A stretch of DNA of 64,000 bases from Pavona decussata (taxonomy: Eukaryota): positions 2,790,001 through 2,854,000 of the forward strand of contig CDRNST010000080.1 in the NCBI GenBank assembly GCA_977016875.1, written 5' to 3'. Position 1 is the first letter of the stretch; each line of letters starts with the position of its first letter. Of this stretch, positions 48,101 to 60,100 are shown one piece after another. The notes beneath the pieces are model-generated. The model made no database searches, was not told the DNA's origin, and was given only the letters and a program-made list of their open reading frames with translations. A program made the translations under genes and the position numbers.

Positions 48101-51100
48101 ATTATAATAACAAAAATCATTATACACATACAGTGTACACACAGTAAGTTTTCATGTGTGGACCTAATACTTCAAGTATCTTTTAGTACATTGGTTAGTG
48201 TTTTTTTAGTTCAAACATGTCAATATGCTGCCTTAAATTATGAAAATTTTAAATCATTAATCTCTATTAAATAAAGGCCTGGTAAGTTATTGGGAATTTC
48301 AAGAATTACAGGCCTTAGGCCCTGCCGTTTCAAGCACTAGTTCTTTTGTCAGAGCATCTTCAGGAGTAAAGGCTAATAAATAAGAATGGAAAGCTTTCTT
48401 TAGCTTGTATGACAAGCTACATATAACTGTACTTTCCTGGTAGAGTCAGTTTTGAAAATTTTAATGGCAGCCCTGTTTACTGAAACCATGATTTTAATTG
48501 TCAGGGTGTTAAAGATGTCCTGAATTTTGGATTCTATGACCCACCCTGCAATGGGAAGTCGGGCAAGTTTCTTGAAGAAGAAAGGCCTTTCATTGATTAC
48601 CCTCTGAAGGGTACCCCTCCAGTTCTTGAGGTAGGTGGCAAATAGATTTTAGTGCATTTATATTGTTCCATTACAGTCATTATCTTACATGCAACATATG
48701 CACAATGGAGCTATAGTTGTATGTGGAGGCTGTACATGTACATGTATGTACATGTACGTATATGTAAGTAGTCTGCATACAGGTGCTGCGATTTTAAAAT
48801 TACAGCTGTATGACTTTGTTGAATTGGGTATCTTAGTTTGCTGTTGCATCTTTCTGTCATTTCAAAGCTTGTGTGTGCTTGTGTGTTGTTTGCACGTATT
48901 CATGGATGAAGGATTCAACTGTAATTTTCCATAATGTGAAAATTTCCATGTTACAGGATTTATAAATGTTGTTTTGTGTTTCTTTTTTCCCTTCAGTTCA
49001 AGGCTAAGGGAAGAGTGTACCGTTCCATGGTGTATGAACCAAAAGCTCTACAAAAAATGAATTCAAAGGTTAGAGACAAGCATGCAACAACAGTAATTTT
49101 TTTGCTATCATTTGAACTTATATTAGCTTTTTCTAGCCCTGTATTGTCATTCGTTCATTTTTATATATCTTATTGTAAATCAAACGTAATTCAGCCTGTG
49201 GCTGCAAGGTTTTTGATTAATAAACTATCTATCTATCTAGTAAAGTACATTGTGTAATCTCTTAATGCTTTTTCCAAACACAAGGTAAATCAGAGAAGGT
49301 TTCTGGAATTGGTCTCTTCAAATGCATTTGGTCAGGTTGCTAAGTTCACAGAAAAAGGAATGGATCCCAACTTCCAGGATGACAGAAGTGGAGGCAAGTT
49401 AAATTGTCACTGAGTGCTGTGAGGAACACTACTTGTACAACTGTATTATAATTATGTATTGCCTTCTGTTTTTGGTAGCTGTTACAAGTGTCCTCTTGCA
49501 TCTCCACATTTTTGCCTCTTTGCTCTCTCAGTTCATGCAACCATTGGCTAAAACATTCTGAATGTTTCAAAAATAGTCATAAGGAAAAACAACTGGAGAA
49601 ACATGCTAAATTTGAGTCAGGTTTTTCTACTGGAAATTGAATGGAAAAGGATAGAGCTTCCTTACCCTCTATAAATAAAGCCTCTACTTACTTACACTGT
49701 ACTTACTATCGTCCATATAAATGGCAGGTTCTTCTGAGTGTCAACTTTGAAAGAAATTGTGAAGTTTACAGATTTACCTAAAGAAAGTCTGATCAAATAT
49801 TCTTGAATTTTCAGAGTAAAACTTTATGGTAGACAATGCAGCCTTCCGTTGCTTTGTTTTCTTGGAATTGAAAGTAACTGGCAATCTGTTGTGAGAAAAG
49901 TTGCACTTGTAAACAAAACACTATGTATGTGTGGACATAGTAAAAGTGCCTTTGATACACATACAATGTACAAGTACATGTACATTAATAACAGAAATTA
50001 TTTCTGTTGAATTTTTAGAAACCCCCCTGTCCGTAGCTGTAACGAAAGAAAATGCCTGTGACATGATAATCATACTGGTGAATGGAGGAGCTCTCCTGGA
50101 CTATAGAACAAGGGACGGGCTGACACCTGTGCACAAAGCTGCTGCGTCTGGCCAGGCAGCCTCTGTTAAGGTATTACATGTAGCAGATACTGCTTGTCAT
50201 TTAGTGTATGATTGACATGAAATAAAATTAATGTGATGGTATACTTTTTTTAAGCCCGGTGAGTGAACGAGAATGATGTATTATTCAAAGTGACACAGGC
50301 CTGCATACTTGGAAAAAAGGAAATCCGAGTGCTCCTGTCAGGAGCCGAACCTAAGACCTTCCGATTATTAAAGCATTCGAACTAGTAATCGGAAGATCTT
50401 AGGTTCGACTCCTGATACACGTAGGACCACTCGGATTTCCTTCTTTTCCGAGTATGCCTGTGTCACTTTGAATATAAATACATGATTCATGATTGACATG
50501 TGACACAGGTTAACATGATCACTGTGATTGTTGTTATGTTCTCTCCAGACTCTGTTAGACTTTGGAGCCTCACCAAATTACAAAGATACCAAGGTGAGGA
50601 TAGTAGCTTTACGGGCTTTATGAATTGATTATGCAATGTACAGTACATGTAACTGAAAAGTGGAACATCCCCTTATGACCACTCTACATGTATTTATACC
50701 ACTGCTTCATGATAATGAGCTTCGTGCATTTGCCTTGACCAAAACCCTTTACATGATAAGTTTTGTTTCTTATCTGTAGTACACTGTTTCTGCCAAACCT
50801 TGCTAACCCCACCAATGTGTTATTACTATACATGTACGACCAAATTTTTTGGACAGCCAGTGATTGTCAGCTGGGTTTTACCATAAATCAGGGTGTTAGC
50901 TACAGGCTGTAGAAGGGAATCCAGCCATCCAGGGATGCCCTACTTTTCGACAAAAGTCACTAAAAGTCACCTTTTTAAAGACGTACATGTCCAAGATGCA
51001 TGTCTCTTGTGAAAGTAATGTGAAAGAATTAGGTGAATTTTCACTGACTTTTTTCGAAAAGTGGGTGTTCATACATGTAGGATGTCTGCCCACTGCAACC

Positions 51101-54100
51101 CTCTACACCTCGCCCCCCCCCCCCCCCCCCCTCCAAAAAAAAAAAATCATAAGGTAATCCTCTTTACTGGGTATAGTGTATGTTACCAGGGTTGAAGGAT
51201 TTGTACTTCCCTCGTTACTGATATTTATTATTGTTACACACACAATAAACCTTTCTCCCATGTCTCAAGAAAAAGATGTCTGGTCACCCTTCTGAGTATT
51301 ACTTGTACATAAAAGCCTTGGTGGTAATATTATTGGGAATCTTTTGGATTTTGCAAGACTGTGTACATGTAGCTCAGTACAGTGTAATTATCGATGAAGC
51401 TCGAGCAGCTGCCTTTAAGATAATGGCGAGCAGTTTTGGCAAAGTTCAATAGATACATGTACTTTGTAGAAGCAAATTAATGTTGTTAAACGTATCTGTT
51501 CTACCCTGCAGGGACTCACCCCACTTTTCTACACTGTACTTCATGGTGGAGATCCATACTGTTGTGAGATTCTTCTCAATGATCATTCTGAAATACACAT
51601 CTCTGATCATCAAGGAATGCAGGAAATACATTTGGTAATCACATGTCTCCAGACTTTCCTCTCCATTTACAAATGGCAACCTGTATGCTCCTAAGTTGAT
51701 GAGGTCCAATTTAACCCAAGTGTACATTTACATGTACAGTAGGCTAATCATTTCCAGCTGCTTTTGGGAGAAAACACCACATGAGAGTAGAGTAGCCTAA
51801 GGAGAAAATTAATGGTTCAGGTAGTCCAAGTATCATGTGTGGATGTAGTCAAAACAGTAATATGTGCTTATAAGTACATGTATAGTGACCAGAATCGAAT
51901 TTCTCCAGTGCAGGTAAAGAAAGCAAAATTATCACCTATACTGTAAAATAACTGTCTTGTCTTGATTTTTAAGCAAAGTCTCCCAACTGGAATACATGGA
52001 GAATGGTGAAGACTATTTATGTTGATGTTGGGGCATATATTGTGTAAAGGAATATTAAGCAAATTATAACCCACTGATTAATTTCGGTGTGGTACATAAT
52101 CGGACGGCAGTTATCAGGCGATAACAGTTGTCTGTTTTTCTTTTCTTTTTCTTTTTTTATTTTTTTTTTGAGAAGGTCGCAGTTTTAGGTCTTAGTTGTT
52201 GTAATCCAATCACAGTTTAATAAAATCAAGTAAGCTAGTTAGTTTGCATTTGTCTGGCTGCAATCATGCCGTGGCCATTACTTGTTGTTTTATCTTTTAT
52301 CCTTTGTATGGGAATTTAGTTTCCCCCAATTATTCTCCGGTCATGCGCTTTTTATATCTTTTGCAATTTCATTTTTGTTGTACATATACTAGCATGACAA
52401 AGCATTATTTAACTTAAACTAAAACTTAAACTTAAACTTTTCCACAGTGAAGCGCCAGTGTTTCAGAAATTAATTGGATGGCTATGAAATAAATAATCCC
52501 CTTTTCGGCTTGCTGGTATACCGGAGGATAATGCCCTCGGCTTAAAGATTGTCCTAAAAATTCACAGTTGCCCACAAAGCTTCGCTTCAACTGTTCATTT
52601 TTCAGACAATCTTCCAGCCTCTGGCATTATCCTCCGATAGATCAGCCGCCCAAAGGGGTTTATTTACTGATTGCAGTATTTTGGACCTGCAGTACATTTT
52701 TCATTTATTTTCTGTTAATTTTGTCTCCCTTCAGGCTTGTAAAAATGGGCTTGTTCAGCACTTGGAGCATCTGTTGTTTTATGGAGCGGCAATAGATGCG
52801 CGCACAGCCTCAGGAAACACAGCATTGCACGTGGCTGCTCTAAACAACCAGGTACTTTAGTGCAGCATAGAGATACTCACCTCTGAATTTACATGCACAT
52901 GTACAGTGGATTCCCCCGCCCCCCCCCCCCCCCCCCTCTCCGGGGCGGGAAATATGTTTAGAAATGCACCAAATAACGAAAATGATAAATTTGACGAAAT
53001 CTCGCCATCATTTTGGATAATAGTATAACTAAGGACACCTCGTTAGTACAGACAATTTTGTCGGTCCCGGCGTAAAGGCCAACAAATGAATGAATAATTT
53101 ATTAAAATGATAAAAGGTACAGTTGTGGTACTGTAGTATTTTGTTATGATCTCTTGATGAAAACAACCAGAGTATAACAGTTCAATTGAAAAAGAATAAA
53201 AACAAAAAGAAATGACACTATAAACCAGTGAAATAAATACATATGCAAACTGAAAATAACATTTGTTATAAATCCCAATTGGTGGAAGGCAAATAAGTTG
53301 GCTATTTACAAAGCCTGGCCTTGGAGCGGGGGCCTCCAGATTACGCGTCCGGCGCCCCTAACCACTAGGCCAGTTCTTTCTTGTGTTTGTTTTCATATTT
53401 TACCATTTTCAATACTGAAAAGTTTGTTTGACAAATATGACAGTATCTCCTGAAATAGTATCAGTTTTCCACGAAGCTACACACGTGAAACATCACGTGT
53501 TCAAACTCTCTTTACACTAAAAATGTGCGCGACGATTGTTTTTAAGCAGGATGTCTCATGAAACCTTAAGTTGTATTGTTATTAATTTTTCCATAACAAT
53601 GGCGGTCTTGCTGTTCACGGTCAATAGCTTTCATATTAATATTTTAGTAGTTTTACCACCCAGAAATTGATGTTTTTTCTCACAGCGCCATTCTAGTTTT
53701 CCATCTATAAATTGGCACTTCCGTTTACGTTTCCTACCACAGGAAAATTTGTTCTTCCAAGGAAATACTTTCGCTTTGGTATATTTAAATAACCTCTCCA
53801 TTGTCGGGCAAACACCAAAAATTGTGATTGCTTAAAGTGCTTTTAATAGTTAAATCACATGCTTATTATTAGAAGATCTGATAATTTTTCCCTTTTATGG
53901 GAAAATTAACCATTAACTTTTTATTTTTGACGTTGTTTAGACAGGATTTAGTAGAAGTTTGCTTACACTTTCGCGTGCAAACAAACAGCTGTCATACTCC
54001 ATTTGCAGACGATGTCTAATATTTAAATTAGAACCACGATATCCCTTACATCGAAAAGTCTATTTTGAAATTTGGTCCTACATGAGGAGCAGTTCAAGTT

Positions 54101-57100
54101 GTTACTGTAGTCTGTGAGGAGGAAATCAAACACGATTCCGTCTTGAAAGTTTGTGATCGAGACGCTTAAGAAAGCATTACTTTTAAAGTGGAAGGTATTG
54201 AGCCGCACTTTCCTGTAGCGGTGTTTATCGCGCTGTACAATGTTGTTCTCATGTTTAGCTTACGGAGTGTGACCATTCTTTTGAAAGCTGCGGCTGTTGC
54301 TATCTTTTAGCCTTGTTGATTGTGCTGTACAACTTGAAGCCCATAGATGTAATCCTGACGTACGATCATTTTGTGAAGGCCGTTAAGCAATATTCTGTAG
54401 TGCGCTATTTCGTTTTTCAGCTTTCATTTCTGCAAGGGCGATTTTGAATTTCTTTTGTTATATTTTGAGTGAATGTAATTATGCATGCGCAAAATATATG
54501 CAGTTCATACTGTTAGGAAATGCCTCGCTGATCACGTCATTGTAAAACTGACTGTGAAAAATATATTGTAAAGTTTGCACAGCGATCATATCACGCCACG
54601 TGCTTAATACCGGAGGAAAATAATTCGCAGTGTACCGACTGATAAAGGTAGTGGTGGTTTAAGCTCTGTAAGACGTATTAGCTGATGTACGAGCAATAGA
54701 CAACGAATGGGTGTTCAAGAGTTTTATTGAATAATCCAACGGAGCCTTCATTAATATAAATTAAGTATTGTCTAATGCTTTGCAGAAGTTGTGTATAAAC
54801 ACTGGAAAGTGGTGGTGTTTTGCCAATGTTCATTGGAAGTTTGTTTGCAATCGTTTTGCTGTACTTTATATCGCGTTTATATTCTTGATTTCTCTCGTAG
54901 GATGGATGCGCAAGAGTACTCCTGTTCAGAGGAGCGAAGAAAAATATTTTAAACTACGCTAACCAGTCTGCATACGAAGTAAGTACTTTGTTCGTAGTCG
55001 TTAATTTGTTACAGTTTTATACCAATGTTAATTTGAATTTGCACTTGTAGAGACCAATGTCTCAGGTCTAGTTTTTTTTAAATTGCAAGGAATTTACATC
55101 TCTTTGTATTTTGAACGATATACTGTTAATATATTAGATCGCCCTTTGAAATTTTACCATCGATGAGATTTGTGTACCTTTTCGAATTAGCCCCCCTAAA
55201 CTGGATCTTTGTTTGCCTTTTCCATGGAACGCAAGTTGTTACTCTTCATTTATTTATTTTTTCTTTTATTAGTGATTTGTGATACCGGATTAAAAATGGC
55301 TAACTAAGCTGTTCACTTTGCTTCGCGTGACATTAATATGGCGCTTTGCCACTGAATTTGTGCATATTTATTAGAATGAACCGGTTTCTATTTATGGCGA
55401 AGATATCGGTGTCGTATTATGGGCTTCTGGTGACGAATTATTTTGTCTCGACCTAAGAAACGTCTCATGACTCACCTGCTTTTTCTATGCAACGCATTGT
55501 TTTTACTATTTTATTTTCTTATTAGTCATTTGTAATACTGGTTTTAACACCGCTACTTGAGTTATTGGTTTTGGTTCGCGTGACGTAAATACAAGCTGTT
55601 GAATTTTTGCATAATTAGAATGAACCGTTACTCTTTTGGGAGTTATCATAGCTATTGGGGAACCTCTTCCTGTAAAACTTTTCTGGGCAAGGTATTTCTA
55701 TTTTCTGGTATTGTGGTGACGAATTTGCACTGACCGAGAAAAGTTTTCACAAAAGCAATTGTATCCGTAAACGCAATTGTATCCGCACTCAACCACAACA
55801 TGAAGCCATAGTTAGTAGACTAACTATGATGAGGCAAACGTGTTTCTCTATTTTCGCTTTAAACAAACAGCCTGGATCGCCAAATCAAAAGGCACTCGCA
55901 ATCTCACATAGGTGCTATTTTGCCACCAGCAATTTGTGCCTTATACCGGCTGTAGTACACTGCGTGTGAAAAATAAGGATGTGGAACTTTCTATTTGCTT
56001 AAGGGTGTTATTAATGAACCCTCGAGAAAGCCACAAGTTGAGATAATTGGCCGTCGGTCAAGGAAGCTTAATGCAGCGTAGGAATTGATTGTACCCTTGT
56101 TAAATACTGATCCCCCGACACGGAATGACCAACGGTTTTATCACTCACTTCCATTTTGGAAAAAAAGATTACGTCACGTGTTTGGTCACGGTAGAGGTGA
56201 CTTGCGTGACTTGCTCGAGTCTAAGATTTGGGGTAGGGAGCCAGAATGTGTAAAAATTAAGTGAAACTAGGGTTCGCGTAAAAATATACCTAACGGATTG
56301 TCGGCTTTTTGATTTTTTTTCCCACGCTGAAAGTCATTTGGTCGTGTGTAAAATTGTTTGATTCAACTAGCCCCCAGTCTTCTCTCTATTCTTAAGACGT
56401 CGTGCCGCTTGTGTAACGCGAGTCTCCTAACGAAAGAGGCAACAGTGTGTTATTAACAAACGAATTGGGAGCAACACTTTCAGCGTTTTGTTTTTTGTTT
56501 GCTGACGCACGTGGGAACTGAAATTCCATTTTCCTGTCAAAATATTGACATCAAGGAGCTAAGACAACTGTAACTGTGACATCTCTGAGTAACTCGCGCC
56601 CAAATTACGTTGAAAATCGTTTCACTTGTTTTTTTTTTTTGTTTTGTTTTGGTTAAACTTAGCTGGGAATGTTAGCAAGTAAGGTCCAGAAAAAATGCTG
56701 GCAATTTTTGTTGTCCAAACTTGTTCAAAACAAAAATTGGGAATAATTGTGTGATCTTATGCATATTCAAGAGCGAATTCTGCTACACCTTCAATATCAT
56801 TTGAAAGTCGTTTGTTCTTTCCCAACCGCTTATTTACCCTCATTACTTATTAATCGTTTATTTCTACTTTCTCGTTATTAGCTGTAATGCATTATTGATT
56901 GTTATAGGGGTATGGAACATGGTTTGGATGACATGAGTCGTGATATTTTAAGAAAAACGTGTTTGTTGTGTGTGATTGTAATTTCCTTCCTTTTTGCGCT
57001 TTTTCAGGTTGCGGCCGTTGGTGGCAATAAAGGTCTAGCTGAATTAATTAACAGTTTCACAGACAAGGATATAGGTACACAAAAAGCAATTTTCAAGTGT

Positions 57101-60100
57101 AATTGGCTTCCTTTCTTGATGCTGTTGGTTTTGTTAGCTTACACGATAAAAAATATTGTGACATTCTTTACCTTGTAATTACATTTACACGGCGCATTTT
57201 GACCGGCAATGTCAGGATAACCCTTTAGACTCGCTCAGCGATGTTCGTGTATTTCTGATTTTCACTGTTGACACAAGTATAACGCATTCCAAGCGTACAA
57301 ACGCTGAGTATTACCTAAGCGCGATCAGTCCTTGTTCGTGTACTTGCATTTCTAGGGATTTGTATGAACTCTTGTGCTTGCGTCGCAAGCGACGACGGCA
57401 ACGCCAACGAAAACGTCACTTAAATTATAACTTCATTTTATCTGTGCTACTTCGGGATTATTTCAACTTTTTCATCTTGTACAAAAATGACGAACTACCC
57501 AGGAACCAAATTGGTAGGAATGGTGTTCAGGTTAAGAAAGAGAATGAAAAGTTCATCGTCGTCTGCTCACGTTCTCCCCAAATCTTGAATTTGGTCATTT
57601 CACGTTGCTGTTTTTCCGAGGACGGCAAAGAAATATACCAAACTTTAAAGCGCACGTGGAGGGTGATTGAAAACGTCACTTGAAAATGTAACTTCATATT
57701 ATTTGTGCTACTTCGCGGTTATTTCAGCTCGTTCATCTTGTACAAAAATGACGAACTACCCAGAACCGAATTCGTAGGAATGGCGTTCAAGTGAAGAAAG
57801 AGAATGAAAAATTCATCGTCGTGTGCTCACGTTCTCCCCAAATCTTGAATTTGGTCATTTCACGTTGCTGTTTTGCCAAGGACGGCAAAGAAATATAACC
57901 AAACCGTGGCGGGTGATTGTTTTTCTCATTAAACCAAGAGAGGATGAATCTCTTAGGTTTAATCTCTTGATTAAACCTATTGTTTTATGATGTTCTCGTT
58001 ACCGTTGCCTTGGTAGCTGCTAAAGTTATTAGCGTCGAATGCTGAGAGGTGGTGTAAACAAAAGAGGGAGGTGTTAAGCATTGGTTGTTGAAAAAAGTTT
58101 TGGTCAAATAAAAGATATTTCTCTCTAAACTACATTTGAATGCCGCAGAGTGTGATTTCTAATGTTTTGCGCTGCGGGTTCACGGTCGGTGTTCTATTTG
58201 CTTGTACAGGTGAAGAGATGGTTCGAAAAAGTCGCATCGACAGCCCGCGGCGAAAATCGCATGTGTAGCCCACTCTTGCAAGCTAGCTAGCGGTTTTTGT
58301 TGGTGGGCTCGCGGGAAAGCCGGGCCAGAACGAGTGGCGAAGCCGCGGGGGAAATGGGGCGAGAGCAACAAGAAACCAACTCCGCACTTTGTTTCACGGA
58401 AATTTTAACTTGTTTTAGTTTCTCGCAATAACTTGTGCCATTTTCTTCGCTGTAGCGTCACCTGTTCTAGGATGGTTTTAATTTAACCCTGGCGACACGA
58501 CAATTTTTGAGAAAATCATCGCTTGTGCAGGGACAAATCGCTCGTGTGGCGTCGGCTTTAATTATTTCACATCAATCGCAAGCTTTCGGGAAGGTCCACT
58601 GTCCAATGAGAAGAGTAGCTTCCAGGAAACCAATCAAATTCACCCTTGGCCTCGAGTTGTTTCCTGGAAACTGTATTCGGATTGTGATTGGATAGTCATC
58701 TCCAGCACAAGAATATGCATGCACGCACGCTCAATTGATGACGCTTCGTGCTGTGATCGTGATAATCCCTCGAGAATCGTACACAATTTTTAAGTTTTCG
58801 TGTTTAATTTTTTTTTTTTCTGTCTTTAAATTGTAGTTAACACAGTTGTCAATTAATTTCTTTTCCAGTAAAACTCGCTGGCAAGCCAACTTACAGCACA
58901 CGTCGTCGGAAATCCGTTTCCAAACCGAAGGCTTCCTCGTTATTTCCTCGTACGTCATCGGAATCTCAGCTGTCAGTAAACAGCGACACGACACCACCGT
59001 CGCCTGTCTCTTCAACTCAAAGTATTCCTTCAATTACGGCCTCGGAAACAGCCTCAATCGATGAAACCAGTGCAACAATGAATGGTGAGCTCGAGACGTA
59101 TAAGTACCCGGGAAAAAAGATGAATAGAACTTTGTCCGTGAGCTCTACGGCTTCGGATTCTTCGAATTCTGAGGAATCCGACTCGGGTGATCTCAGTTCA
59201 CCGAGGGAGGAGACACGGAATAATCGAACATGGCGACAGTTCTCGGTCCCAGATATGACGGAGAAGGCCGTTGTTCCGCCGGTGAAAGCGGTTTCTGGAG
59301 CGGCGACAATTCGTAAACGGCTCTATGCAAGTGTGCCCGGGAAACGTTTTGTGGCCATCAAGGATTATCGGCCTTTTATGGCCGGAGAGTTGGCGCTTGA
59401 GAAAGGAGATGAAGTGGAAGGTAATGTTGCGTTACTTATTTTTTTTCTACGGATTGAATTTCAAAGATAAAGTGTTGTACCTGGTACGATTCATGCATGC
59501 AGAGACTCGTTTGTTTGTTGAAATTAGCGGGTATGAAATCAGGACTTGTTTTGAATTTCTCGACTGGTAGCGATAGAGACTCAGATAAACACCTGGAATA
59601 GGCCGAGTGTAGTATGTTCCTGTGGAGAAATGTCATATTTAATTTTCTTTTGTGACATCTTTAGAAGTTGTCATATATAAATTGTTCAAAGACCAGACGA
59701 AACTTGATCTGTATCAAAACAAAGATGATGACTTCAGGTGATAATTGTTCTCAGTTGCAGATAATTTCACGCACTTAGTTGTTTGTATGTACAACAGATG
59801 ATACTTCGCCGATTTTCAGGAGAAATGCTGATAAATATACAAAAACCGAACCATCGTTTCATCAGTTAGCAGTTAAATGGAATTGTAAACCGACGACTTA
59901 GCGCTGAGACGAGACTTTCTGTAAACTTTACAATGTAAATAAAATGTCACTGGCAAACAGATATTGCATGGAGTTATATCGCCAATCCGATTATTTGAAG
60001 CTTCGTTTTATCTCTCTCCGTTCCTGTGGGGTGTTATGTCTTGCAGTGTTGTACGTCGGCGAGAAAGGTTATTGGGAAGGTCGAGTGGGGAATTCAACTG

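Noticed and set aside
47670-48142. ORFs with poly-Ile or X runs
   Set aside because: Artefacts of the N gap and the (ATA)n microsatellite.
57360-57683. 107-aa ORF
   Set aside because: Lies entirely within a non-coding MITE.
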